Assembly: GCA_050945875.1 (NCBI GenBank)
Contig: JBMNTT010000004.1
Location: 8,238 to 72,237, forward strand
Origin: Christensenellales bacterium
Lineage (GTDB): Bacteria > Bacillota > Clostridia > Christensenellales > JBMNTT01
Direction: 5' to 3'
Length of the DNA: 64,000 nt
Shown: piece after piece, positions 51,654-62,307 of the stretch
How positions within the stretch are numbered: the first letter of the stretch is position 1
Layout: each line of letters starts with the position of its first letter
Position numbers and translations under genes: made by a program
Notes under the pieces: generated by a model
Seen by the model: only the letters and a program-made list of their open reading frames with translations
Databases searched by the model: none
What the model was told of the DNA's origin: nothing

Positions 51654-52322
51654 ATGCAGCGCATTTTGTTGGTGGAGGACGACCAGGCCCTGTCCACCGG
51701 ATTGATCTTCACCCTCAAGGCCGAGGGGTTCGAGTGCCTGCACGCCGCCACGGCGGCCCAGGCCCGGGCGTATTTCCAGGACGCGTCCTTCGACCTGGTG
51801 CTCATGGACGTGATGCTGCCCGACGGGGACGGCTACAGCCTCTGCCGGCTGCTGCGCACCATGAGCCAGGCGCCGGTGATCTTCCTGACCTCCTGCGACG
51901 ACGAGGTGCAGGTGGTCATGGGCCTGGACACCGGGGGGGACGACTATGTCACCAAGCCCTTTCGGCTCAAGGAGCTGATGAGCCGGGTGCGGGCCCAGCT
52001 GCGCCGCAGCCAGCGCGCCGAGGCCCGGGACACCGTCGGGGATATCACCCTGGACAAGGACCAGGCCAAGGCCTACGTCGCAGGGGCGGAGATGCCCCTG
52101 ACCGTGACCGAGCTGCGCCTGCTCTCGGTGCTCTGCCGCCACGCCGGGCAGACCCTGACGCGCACCGCCCTGCTCGACGCCCTGTGGGACCAGCGCGGCG
52201 AGTTCGTGGACGACAACACCCTGTCGGTGCACATCCGCCACCTGCGCGAGAAGCTGGGGCAGGCGGGCAGCCGGGTGCGCATCACCACCGCCCGGGGCAT
52301 CGGCTATCGCCTGGAGGAGTGA
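51654..52322 (+). CDS. OmpR-family response regulator
   Basis: 222 aa with a receiver domain (LVLMDVMLPDGDG) and a winged-helix domain (ARGIGYRL). Confidence 0.92.
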   Translation: MQRILLVEDDQALSTGLIFTLKAEGFECLHAATAAQARAYFQDASFDLVLMDVMLPDGDGYSLCRLLRTMSQAPVIFLTSCDDEVQVVMGLDTGGDDYVTKPFRLKELMSRVRAQLRRSQRAEARDTVGDITLDKDQAKAYVAGAEMPLTVTELRLLSVLCRHAGQTLTRTALLDALWDQRGEFVDDNTLSVHIRHLREKLGQAGSRVRITTARGIGYRLEE

Positions 52323-52323
52323 G

Positions 52324-53556
52324 ATGACGCAGTTTTTGGGCAACAAGGAGGTGCGCCGGCTGATCGGGCTGATGGCGGCGCTGTGCATCGTGATGGGCGT
52401 GATCGGCCTGTTGGCGGTGCACCTGCTCTCGGTATCGCAGACCGAGCGGCTGGCCCAGCGGGACCTGGCCATCGTCGGCAGCCTGAGCCGGGGCGCGCCC
52501 ATGAAGGACAACCCGATCCTGACCGGGACGATCGACCCGGAGGACGTGGCGGCCGGCCAGGCCGCCCTGGCCCCCTACAGCTACACCGACGTGGCCGCCG
52601 ACACCTACGGCTTCTACGGGCTGCTGCGCGGCGGGCAGAGCCGGCTGTTTCTGATCTGGGGCGGGGCGCTGGCCCTGGGCTGCCTGGCGCTGTGCGCGGG
52701 GTTTCTCGTCAAGGTCTACGCCGACCTGCGCCGCATCGCCCGCACCGCCGCGGACATGGGCGAGGGGCGGCAGGTCACCCTGCCCAAGATGGCCGACGGC
52801 GATTTGGGGGCGCTGGCCATGAGCCTGGAGCGCATCCTGGCCCGGCTCAACCACGCCAAGGAGGCCCTGGCCAAGGACAAGGCCGACATGCAGGACCTGC
52901 TGGGCGACATCTCCCACCAGCTCAAGACCCCCCTGGCGGCGGTGGGCATGTATGTGGAGATTCTGCTGACCCGGCCGGAGCTGCCCCGGGAGCAGCAGGC
53001 GCAGTTCCTCGCCCTGGCCCAGCAGCAGATCGACCGGTCGGATTTCCTGGTGCAGGGGCTGCTGAAGATGGCGCGCATGGATGCCGGGGCGATCCGCATG
53101 CGCCTGGAGCCCACCCCCCTGGCCGAGACCGCCGAGGCCGCCGCCGCGCCCTTCATCCTCCTGGCGCGGGAGCGGGGGGTGGACCTGCAGCTGGCCGTGC
53201 CCGAGGAGCTCACCCTGGCGCACGACGGGCAGTGGATGGCCGAGGCGGTGGGCAACCTGGTCAAGAACGCCCTGGAGCACACCCGGGCCGGGGACCGGGT
53301 GACCGTCGCCGCCCACGCCACGCCCCTGACCGTCACCCTGTCGGTCACCGACACGGGCAGCGGCATCGCCCCATCGGAGCTGCCCCACATCTTCGAGCGG
53401 TTCTACCGCTCCGGCAGCCAGGTCGATCCCAAGAGCGTGGGCATCGGCCTGGCCCTGGCCAAGCAGATCGTCGAGAAGAACGGCGGGCAGATCTCCGTCA
53501 AGAGCCAGCCCGGCCGGGGCACCACGTTTTTGATGACCTTTCTTGCGGAACCTTAA
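52324..53556 (+). CDS. Sensor histidine kinase
   Basis: 410 aa with two TM helices, a HAMP-like linker, the H-box SHQLKTPLAAV, and the N/G boxes (KNALEHT, DTGSGI, GIGLALAKQI). Confidence 0.9.
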   Translation: MTQFLGNKEVRRLIGLMAALCIVMGVIGLLAVHLLSVSQTERLAQRDLAIVGSLSRGAPMKDNPILTGTIDPEDVAAGQAALAPYSYTDVAADTYGFYGLLRGGQSRLFLIWGGALALGCLALCAGFLVKVYADLRRIARTAADMGEGRQVTLPKMADGDLGALAMSLERILARLNHAKEALAKDKADMQDLLGDISHQLKTPLAAVGMYVEILLTRPELPREQQAQFLALAQQQIDRSDFLVQGLLKMARMDAGAIRMRLEPTPLAETAEAAAAPFILLARERGVDLQLAVPEELTLAHDGQWMAEAVGNLVKNALEHTRAGDRVTVAAHATPLTVTLSVTDTGSGIAPSELPHIFERFYRSGSQVDPKSVGIGLALAKQIVEKNGGQISVKSQPGRGTTFLMTFLAEP

Positions 53557-53626
53557 GGGCGGCTTCACCCGGGCTTAAGCCAGGGCGGCTATACTGGGCT
53601 CATCACAACAGGGGGAGGCACAACCC

Positions 53627-54304
53627 ATGAGTATCGTTGAGACCATGGACCTTTGCAAGCAGTATGGCCGGGGGGACACCGCGGTCCACGCCCTGCGAAA
53701 CGTCAACCTGCGGGTGGAGAAGGGGGAGTTCGTGGCGCTGCTGGGCGCGTCCGGCAGCGGCAAGAGCACCCTCTTGCACATGCTCGGCGCGGTGGACCAT
53801 CCCACCAGCGGCCGCGTCCTGGTGGACGGCATGGAGATCACCGGCCGGGCCGAGCGGGACCTGGCGGTGTTCCGGCGGCGCAAGATCGGCTTCGTCTTCC
53901 AGTTCTACAACCTGATCCCGGTGCTCTCGGCCGAGGAGAACATCCTCCTGCCGGTCAACCTGGACGGGCAGAGCGTGGATAAGGCCTACTTTGAGGACCT
54001 GCTGGCCACCTTCCGCATCGCCGACAAGCGCAAGGCCCTGCCCAACCAGCTCTCCGGCGGGCAGCAGCAGCGCGTGGCCGTGGCCCGGGCCCTGGTGCAC
54101 CGCCCGGCGGTCATCCTGGCCGACGAGCCCACCGGCAATTTGGACACCCGCAACTCCCGGGAGATGATCGCGCTGATGAAGTCCTCGGTGCGCCGCTACG
54201 GGCAGACCCTGCTCTTGATCACCCACGATCCCCAGGTGGCCGACCAGGCCGACCGCGTGCTGCGCATGGTGGACGGCTGCTTGGCGGAGGGGGCGGAAGG
54301 ATGA
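53627..54304 (+). CDS. ABC transporter ATP-binding protein (MacB/FtsE-like)
   Basis: [24 protein letters not shown] and [11 protein letters not shown]. Confidence 0.93.
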   Translation: MSIVETMDLCKQYGRGDTAVHALRNVNLRVEKGEFVALLGASGSGKSTLLHMLGAVDHPTSGRVLVDGMEITGRAERDLAVFRRRKIGFVFQFYNLIPVLSAEENILLPVNLDGQSVDKAYFEDLLATFRIADKRKALPNQLSGGQQQRVAVARALVHRPAVILADEPTGNLDTRNSREMIALMKSSVRRYGQTLLLITHDPQVADQADRVLRMVDGCLAEGAEG

Positions 54305-57021
54305 ACGTACTGCTGCGCATCACCACCGAGTACCTGAAGAAACAGCGAAAGCGCACCATCCTGACCATCGTGGGCGTGCTCTTGGCCTGCGCCCTGGTCT
54401 CGGCCATCGGCATCTTCCTCACCAGCGTGCAGAACATGATGCTGCAGGACACCCTGCACTCCGTGGGCAGCCACGAGTTCACCATCGGCGACCGGCAGGC
54501 CGGCTACCTGACCGGCGAGCAGGCCGACCGCCTGGCCGCCAACCACCTGGTCACCGCCTCGGGCCGCATCGTGGCCAACGAGTACGCCGCCGTCACCGTC
54601 GGGCAGGACGAGAAGGGCCAGGCCGCCACGGTGCAGCTTCCCCTGGCCCAGCGCGACAGCGTCGCCATGGGCATGAAGCAGTACACCCTGCTCCAGGGCC
54701 GCCTGCCCGCCTCGCCCGAGGAGATCGCCGTGGGCAAGAGCGTCATGGCCTACCTGCCCGAGGACCTCGCCCTGGGCAGCGCCCTGACCCTCTCGGTCGA
54801 GCGCGACGCGCCCGACCCCCGCCCGGCCCAGCGCGCCTTCACCGTCGTGGGCGTGTACGAGGGGGACAGCCTGCTCAGCCAGCCCCTGCCCGGGGACGAG
54901 CAGGACTACTGCCTGCTGGTGCAGGTGGCCGGGGCGGACAAATACGCCTCGGTGCGCCGGATCATGGCCGACAACGCCGACATTGTCACCGACTGGTCGC
55001 CCAACGGCTCCTACCTGCGGGCGACCAGCGGCGGGGGCGGGGCCACCCAGACCGCCCTCACCGCCACCTTCATCCTGCTGGCGATCATCATCCTGACGGC
55101 CATGGTCATGGTCATCCGCAACGCCTTCGCCATGTCCGCCAGCGAGAAGATGGCCCAGTTCGGCATCCTGCGCTGCGTGGGGGCCTCGCCCCGGCAGATC
55201 CGCAGCATGGTGCGCATGGAGGCCATGGTCATCTACCTGATCGCCATGCCCCTGGGCCTGGCCCTGGGGGTGGGGGCGATGGCCGTGGTGTTCGCCATCG
55301 TGCAGAAGATCGACCTGATGATGCTGCGGTACCTGGAGCTGGTGGTCTCGCCGCTGCCCTTCCTGCTGGCGGCCGGCCTGAGCCTGGCGGCGGTGCTGCT
55401 CTCGGCCCGCAGCCCGGCCAAGAAGGCCGCGGCCATCGCGCCCATCGCCGCGGTCAAGGGCAACACCATCTTCCAGGACGTGGAGAAGCCCAGCCGCCGG
55501 CGGGGCCGGCTGATGCGCCTGTTCTTCGGCTACCCGGGCGTGCTGGCCGGGCGCAACATCCACCGCAACCGCAAGCGCTACCTGGCCACGGTGATGAGCA
55601 TCACCATCTCGGTCACCCTGTTCGTGTCCCTGGTGGGCTTCGCCATGTCCATGACCACCGCCTTCGCCTCCTACGGCAGCCTGCAGGACGCCGACCTGGT
55701 GGCGCGGGCGATGGGGGAGGGGGACGGCTCGGCCGAGCTGGACAGCCTCTACGGCGAGCTGAGCGCCGAGCCCGGCGTGGCCCAGCTGGCCCGGGTGATG
55801 ATGATCGGCGCGAATCTCAACGTCCCCGAGGAGCACCTGGCCGACGACTGGCAGACCCAGAGCAAAAAGCTCGACTGGATGCTCAACGGCCGGGACACCG
55901 ATTCCGCCCGGCTGACCGACTACGAGGGCGACAGCCCGATCCTTTCCGGCCGCCAAGTGTGGCAGGACCCGAACGCCCTGGTGCTGCGCATGGACCGCGC
56001 CCTCTATGAGCAGCTCGACCTGGGGCCCGACGCGCCCGACTATGACCAGCTCGCCGGCGCGGTGCTCTGCCAGCGGGTGGAGGTCGCCACCGACCGCGGG
56101 CTGATGAGCGGGCAGGTGCTCGACTACGCCGTGGGCGACACGGTGGTCTTCGACAGCTGGCTCTATCAGATCGACCCGGAGCTGATCCAGACCCAGCCCC
56201 AGATGCGCGATTACAGCTTCCAGGTGCCCGTGGCCGCCCTGGCGGAGATCCGCCCCTGGTTTCTCAGCAAGGGGGTCAACACCCTGCTGCTGGTGCCCGA
56301 GCGGCTGGAGGGACAGCTGCTGGCCCTGCCGGAGAACACCTGCACCGGCGCCAACCTGGAGCGGGTCATCCAGCGGCAGCAGGCCCGGCAGGACCCCATG
56401 CCCCCGGACAGCACCCTGTTCACCGGCGAGAACCCGGTGGTCTACGTCAAGGCCTTGGACGGGCTGCAGGAGAGCCTCGGCGAGCGGGCCGCCGCCCTGG
56501 TGGACCGCATGAACGTCAAGCTGGCCGCCCAGAGCGCCGACAGCTCGCAGGGCCCTTCCTCCATCTACCTGTACGACAAGTACGCCGACTATAAGGAGAG
56601 CCGCAACGCCGTGGTGGTGGTCAACATCTTTGTCTACGGGTTCATGGCGGTGGTGGTGCTGATCTGCTCGGTCAACGTCGTCAACACCGTCACCACCAAC
56701 CTGCAGCTGCGCCGCCGGGAGATCGCCATGCTCCGGGCCACGGGCATGAGCCGGGGGCAGATTTGGCGGATGTTCTCCGCCGAGTGCCTGCTCTACGCCG
56801 TCACCGGCGCGGTGGTGGGCGGCCTGCTGGGCCTGGGGCTCGAGGCGCTGCTGCTGCGGCTGATCCAGGGGGCCTTCTCCGCCTCGATGGCCCTGTCCCC
56901 CTGGCTGCTGATCGGCCTGGGCGCCCTGGCCAGCTTCCTGCTGGCGTACCTGGCCGGCCTGTCCCCCCTGCGCAGCCTGCTCAAGCGCCCCATCGTCGAG
57001 CAGATCGTGGCGCAAGAATAA
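54301..57021 (+). CDS. FtsX-like ABC transporter permease with two FtsX modules
   Basis: 906 aa with two four-helix FtsX-type TM bundles and large extracytoplasmic domains. ATGA overlap with the ATPase gene. Confidence 0.87.
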   Translation: MNVLLRITTEYLKKQRKRTILTIVGVLLACALVSAIGIFLTSVQNMMLQDTLHSVGSHEFTIGDRQAGYLTGEQADRLAANHLVTASGRIVANEYAAVTVGQDEKGQAATVQLPLAQRDSVAMGMKQYTLLQGRLPASPEEIAVGKSVMAYLPEDLALGSALTLSVERDAPDPRPAQRAFTVVGVYEGDSLLSQPLPGDEQDYCLLVQVAGADKYASVRRIMADNADIVTDWSPNGSYLRATSGGGGATQTALTATFILLAIIILTAMVMVIRNAFAMSASEKMAQFGILRCVGASPRQIRSMVRMEAMVIYLIAMPLGLALGVGAMAVVFAIVQKIDLMMLRYLELVVSPLPFLLAAGLSLAAVLLSARSPAKKAAAIAPIAAVKGNTIFQDVEKPSRRRGRLMRLFFGYPGVLAGRNIHRNRKRYLATVMSITISVTLFVSLVGFAMSMTTAFASYGSLQDADLVARAMGEGDGSAELDSLYGELSAEPGVAQLARVMMIGANLNVPEEHLADDWQTQSKKLDWMLNGRDTDSARLTDYEGDSPILSGRQVWQDPNALVLRMDRALYEQLDLGPDAPDYDQLAGAVLCQRVEVATDRGLMSGQVLDYAVGDTVVFDSWLYQIDPELIQTQPQMRDYSFQVPVAALAEIRPWFLSKGVNTLLLVPERLEGQLLALPENTCTGANLERVIQRQQARQDPMPPDSTLFTGENPVVYVKALDGLQESLGERAAALVDRMNVKLAAQSADSSQGPSSIYLYDKYADYKESRNAVVVVNIFVYGFMAVVVLICSVNVVNTVTTNLQLRRREIAMLRATGMSRGQIWRMFSAECLLYAVTGAVVGGLLGLGLEALLLRLIQGAFSASMALSPWLLIGLGALASFLLAYLAGLSPLRSLLKRPIVEQIVAQE

Positions 57022-57067
57022 CGCTTTGCCGCGCCCCTGTCGCAGGGGGCGCGGTTCCGCGCTGCGG

Positions 57068-57378
57068 AGGCTGCGCCTGTCCTCGCGCTCCAGGGCTTCG
57101 CCCCACGCGGCGGCGCTGTCCTCGGGCTCCAGGGCTTCGCCCCACGCGACTTTGGCCCCGCCCCTCCCGTGGGGGCAGGGCTTTCGCCCTGCGGCTGGCT
57201 TTGGCCCTGCCCCTCCCGTGGGGGCAGGGCTTTCGCCCTGCGGAGCGCCTGCGGCGCTGTCCTCGGGCTCCAGGGCTTCGCCCCACGCGGCTGCGCTGTC
57301 CGCCCCCCGCACCCGCGCGGCTGCGCTGTCCGACCCCCACACCCCCTGCGGCTGCGCTGTCCGACCCCCGCACCTCGC
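57068..57378. repeat. Mosaic of three GC-rich repeat families (A x3, B x2, C x3)
   Basis: Family A: an identical 36-mer at 57113-57148 and 57254-57289, with a variant at 57073-57109. Family B: 45-mers at 57150-57194 and 57199-57243, each a GCCCTGCCCC/GGGGCAGGGC hairpin followed by TTT. Family C: units of about 30 bp (GCGGCTGCGCTGTCCG...) at 57287, 57317 and 57348. Confidence 0.88.
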
Positions 57379-57385
57379 GTGCCCC

Positions 57386-57487
57386 TTGACCCCATCGCCG
57401 CGGCGCTGATATAATACGCTCGTGCGTCAATGCACCGGGTGAGCACCTACCGTATGCAAGGCTGTCCTTGCATACGGTTTTTTATCA
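57386..57487 (+). promoter_or_regulatory. Promoter plus short leader with terminator-like hairpin upstream of the MATE gene
   Basis: TTGACC at 57386-57391, 18-bp spacer, TATAAT at 57410-57415. The hairpin ACCGTATGCAAGG-CTGT-CCTTGCATACGGT is followed by TTTTTT and then a GGAGGG RBS. Confidence 0.5.
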
Positions 57488-57500
57488 GGAGGGAAGTCGC

Positions 57501-58832
57501 GTGGAGAATTCGCAAAACAGCTGGGGGCGCACGGCCTTGGCGCTGGCTAAGTTCAGCCTGCCGCTAATTCTCAGCGGCGTGCTCCAGCAGGTCTATAGCT
57601 GGGTGGACGCCTTCATCGTCGGCAACGTCGAGGGCGAGCTGGCCCTGGCCGCCATCGGGGCCACCGGCACGCTGCTGGGCTTTGTCCTGACCGCGGTGAC
57701 GGGCTTCACCGTCGGCCTGTCCATCCTCTTCGCCCAGACCTACGGCCGGGGCGAGCACGAGCTGATCCCCAAGATCTTGGCCACCTTCTCGGCGCTTATG
57801 GGGGTTTTGTGCGCGGCGCTGGCCGCGGGCGGGGCCGCTCTGTGCGAGCCGCTGCTGCGCCTGCTGGACACCCCGCCGGACATCCTGGCCATGGCGGCGG
57901 ACTATCTGCGGGTGAGCTTCATCGGCCTGCCCTTTCTGGCGGTCTACAACCTCTACGCCGCGGCGCTGCGGGGCATCGGCGACAGCCGCGCGCCCTTTCT
58001 GGCCATCCTGGTCTCCTCGGCGGTCAACATTGTGCTGGACCTGGCCTTCGTGGCCGGGCTGGGCTGGGGGGTGACCGGGGCCGCGGCGGCCACGGTGCTC
58101 TCTCAAGGGGCGATGACGGTGTTCCTGGTGGCCTACGGCGCGGCCAAGCATCCCCTGGTGCGCTTTCGGCCCGGCCGGGGGAGTATTGACCGCTCGGCCC
58201 TGATCCAGGGCTGCCGCCTGGGCCTGCCGCCGATGATCCAGTCCAGCGTGGGCGCCTTTGGCGGGCTGCTGCTGCAGAACTTCATGAACAGCTTCGGCGC
58301 GCACACCGTGGCGGCCATCAGCACCGCCTACCGGGTGGACTCGGTCATCCTGCTGCCGGTCAACAACCTGGCCGCGGGCATCTCCACCCTGGTGGGCCAG
58401 GCCCACGGCGCGGGGGACGGCCGCCGCGCCCGAAGGGTGCTCTCCGCCGGGGCGGCGCTCATGGCCGGGGTCAGCCTGCTGCTGACCGGGCTGATCATCC
58501 CCACCGGGGGCCAGCTGATCGCCCTGTTCGGCGTGGGGCCCGAGGCGGTGGCCATCGGGCGGCTGTTTTTCCGGTCCATCGCCGGGTTCTACCTGGTCTA
58601 CGGGCTGGCCGCGGCGCTGCGCGGCTACCTGGAGGGCCGGGGGGACGTGATGTTCTCCTCGGCGGCGGGCATCGCCTCGCTGGCCTGCCGCATTGGCTGC
58701 TCCTACGCGCTGCGGCCGCTGTGGGGCAACATGACCATCGCCTACGCCGAGGCGATCTCCTGGGGGCTGCTGCTGACGCTGTTTGCGGCGCGGGCGGCCC
58801 TGCGGCGAAAAAAGGCTATGACAGCGGCGTGA
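57501..58832 (+). CDS. MATE family efflux transporter
   Basis: Track ORF trimmed to the GTG at 57501, because the earlier start lies inside the hairpin. The protein has a 12-TM pattern and the N-terminal FSLPLILSGVLQQVYSWVDAFIVGN. Confidence 0.86.
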   Translation: MENSQNSWGRTALALAKFSLPLILSGVLQQVYSWVDAFIVGNVEGELALAAIGATGTLLGFVLTAVTGFTVGLSILFAQTYGRGEHELIPKILATFSALMGVLCAALAAGGAALCEPLLRLLDTPPDILAMAADYLRVSFIGLPFLAVYNLYAAALRGIGDSRAPFLAILVSSAVNIVLDLAFVAGLGWGVTGAAAATVLSQGAMTVFLVAYGAAKHPLVRFRPGRGSIDRSALIQGCRLGLPPMIQSSVGAFGGLLLQNFMNSFGAHTVAAISTAYRVDSVILLPVNNLAAGISTLVGQAHGAGDGRRARRVLSAGAALMAGVSLLLTGLIIPTGGQLIALFGVGPEAVAIGRLFFRSIAGFYLVYGLAAALRGYLEGRGDVMFSSAAGIASLACRIGCSYALRPLWGNMTIAYAEAISWGLLLTLFAARAALRRKKAMTAA

Positions 58833-58887
58833 ATTCGGCTATAATCAGGGTAAGGACGCGCGCACGCGCGAAAAGGAGGAACCTGTC

Positions 58888-60285
<1,398 letters not shown>

Positions 60286-60302
60286 GAAAGAAGGGACGCG
60301 CC

Positions 60303-61790
60303 ATGATCATCGGCGGACTGGACATCGGCACCACCGGCTGCAAGCTGACCCTCTACACGGGGGAGGGCGACCGCGTGGGCCAGTACTATCAGGAGTATCC
60401 CGCCCGGCGGCAGGCCGGGGAGCATGAGCTCGACGCGGCGGCCCTGTGGCGGGCGGTGCGGGGCGTGCTCTCCCGGGGCGGGGCGGAGCATCCCGGCGTG
60501 GCGGCCATCGGGGTGTCCTCCTTCGGGGAGTCCTTTGTGCTGCTGGACGAGGCGGATCAGCCCCTGGCCCCGGCCCTGCTCTACACCGACCCCCGGGGCC
60601 GGGAGGAGCTGGCCGAATTGGCGGCCGCCGTGGGGGAGGAGCGGATCATCGCCACCTGCGGCATGAAACCCCATAGCATGTACTCCCTCTCCAAGATGAT
60701 GTGGATCGCCCGCCACCGGCCCGAGCTCTACCGCCGGGCCCGGCGCGTGATGCTCTTTGAGGACTATGTGGTCTACATGCTCACCGGCGCGGCGCAGATC
60801 GACTACTCCTTGGCCGCGCGCACCATGGCCTTCGACATTCGCAAAAAGGCCTGGGATCATGCGCTGCTCGCCGCCGCCGGGGTGGACCCGGCGCTCTTGA
60901 GCCGACCGGTGCCCTCGGGCACGGCGGCCGGGCCGGTCAGGGAGCCCCTGGCCGGGGAGCTGGGCCTTGCCGGCACACAGATCGTGTCGGGCTGCCATGA
61001 CCAGGTCTCCGCCGCGGTGGGCGCGGGGGTGCTTAAACCCGGCATGGCCATCGACGGGGCGGGCACGGTCTCGTGCATCACCCCGGTGTTCGAGCGGCCG
61101 CCCGAGGATGCGGCCTTCTATCAGGACAACTACGCCGTGGTGCCCCACGCCCTGCCCGGGCTGTATGTGTGCTACGCCTTCTCCTTCACGGGCGGGGCGC
61201 TGCTCAAGTGGTTCCGCGACCAGCTGGCCCAGGACGTGGCCCAGTACGCCGCCATGCGCGAGACGGATTTCTACGCCGAGCTGGACCGCCGGGTGGGGGA
61301 GGAGCCAACCGGCCTGATGGTCCTGCCCCACTTCGCCGGGGCGGCCACCCCCTACATGGACGAGGGGGCCAAGGGGGCGATCGTCGGGCTGAGCCTGGAG
61401 ACCACCCAGGCTGACCTCTACCGGGCGCTGATGGAGGGCGTAGTCTACGAGATGGCCCTGAACCTGGAGCGCCTGTCCCGGGCCGGGCTGGCCATCGACC
61501 GGCTGCGGGCCACCGGGGGCGGCGCGCGCTCGCCGGTGTGGCTGCAGATGAAGGCCGACTGCCTGAACCTGCCCATCGACGCCCTGGGCGACAGCGAGGC
61601 CGGAACCGTCGGCTCGGTGATGCTCGCCGGCGTGGCCGTCGGGGCCTTCGACAGCCTCGAGACCGCCGAGCGCCGGCTGATCAAGGCCGGGCGCACCTAC
61701 CTGCCCCGCCCCGAGATGCATGAGAAGTACCGCGCGATCTACGCGCGCTACCGCCCCCTCTACGAGCTGCTCAAGCCCCTGCGCGCCTGA
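60303..61790 (+). CDS. FGGY-family carbohydrate kinase (xylulokinase-like)
   Basis: Trimmed to MIIGGLDIGTTGCK, with an alternative GTG at 60282. Contains a GGGARS motif near the C-terminus. Confidence 0.86.
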   Translation: MIIGGLDIGTTGCKLTLYTGEGDRVGQYYQEYPARRQAGEHELDAAALWRAVRGVLSRGGAEHPGVAAIGVSSFGESFVLLDEADQPLAPALLYTDPRGREELAELAAAVGEERIIATCGMKPHSMYSLSKMMWIARHRPELYRRARRVMLFEDYVVYMLTGAAQIDYSLAARTMAFDIRKKAWDHALLAAAGVDPALLSRPVPSGTAAGPVREPLAGELGLAGTQIVSGCHDQVSAAVGAGVLKPGMAIDGAGTVSCITPVFERPPEDAAFYQDNYAVVPHALPGLYVCYAFSFTGGALLKWFRDQLAQDVAQYAAMRETDFYAELDRRVGEEPTGLMVLPHFAGAATPYMDEGAKGAIVGLSLETTQADLYRALMEGVVYEMALNLERLSRAGLAIDRLRATGGGARSPVWLQMKADCLNLPIDALGDSEAGTVGSVMLAGVAVGAFDSLETAERRLIKAGRTYLPRPEMHEKYRAIYARYRPLYELLKPLRA

Positions 61791-61800
61791 GAGAAACGCA

Positions 61801-61829
61801 AAAAGCCTGCCCATGGGGCGGGCTTTTTT
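61801..61829 (+). terminator. Intrinsic terminator
   Basis: AGCCTGCCC-ATG-GGGCGGGCT followed by TTTTTT. Confidence 0.7.
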
Positions 61830-61908
61830 GCTGCCATCGCCGGATGGGCGGCCCAAACGCCGTGACCTCCTGCCCCGGCGCGGGGCTCAGCCCCCGCCAG
61901 AGCGGCCG

Positions 61909-62175
61909 TCAACGCCCCGCGTCCACCAGGCGCGCCAGCCGCGCCCCGGCCACAAAGCCCTGGATGAAGGCCGCCTCCTGCCGCTCGCCGTCGGCGCAGA
62001 TTTGCGCCTGCATCAGCGCCTCCAGGGCGCGCCGGTCCTCCGGCCCCAGCCGCTCGCGCAAATGCCGCTCCAGCGCCGCCGCCCGCGCGTCCGCCTCGCG
62101 GAAGACCTCGCCGCCGGGCTGGCCCGCGCCGCACTCAAGCATGCGCGCGTACAGCTCGCTCAAGATTTCGGACAT
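61909..62175 (-). CDS. Small helical protein (DUF6809-like); paralog of 37225..37485
   Basis: The C-terminal 88 codons of the 259-aa track ORF. ATG at 62175 with a GGAGG RBS. The upstream part of the track ORF is antisense to the XRE gene. Confidence 0.6.
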   Translation of the reverse strand: MSEILSELYARMLECGAGQPGGEVFREADARAAALERHLRERLGPEDRRALEALMQAQICADGERQEAAFIQGFVAGARLARLVDAGR

Positions 62176-62196
62176 GGGAACGCCTCCATTCTTTGG

Positions 62197-62260
62197 CTTG
62201 GGATATACCGCAATTATAGCACAAATCCCGTGTTTGGGATATACCCCATACGATATATCG
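62197..62260. promoter_or_regulatory. Direct repeats and a palindrome in the divergent control region (candidate XRE operators)
   Basis: TTGGGATATACC occurs exactly at 62198-62209 and 62234-62245. The palindrome CGATATATCG lies at 62251-62260. Confidence 0.45.
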
Positions 62261-62307
62261 CAAATTTCTCTACAATTGAGGAAAACCCGTAGAATGGAGA
62301 AATTGCG

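Noticed and set aside
54196-57342. 1048-aa ORF on the minus strand
   Set aside because: It is antisense to the FtsX permease, which has clear TM and domain logic. Its product is low-complexity (Gly/Ala/His/Gln/Arg-rich), as expected for shadow frames in very GC-rich DNA. It also runs through the non-coding repeat mosaic.
57068-57378. Possible CRISPR array
   Set aside because: The repeats are of three different families arranged contiguously, without unique spacers of about 30 bp. There are no cas genes in the window.
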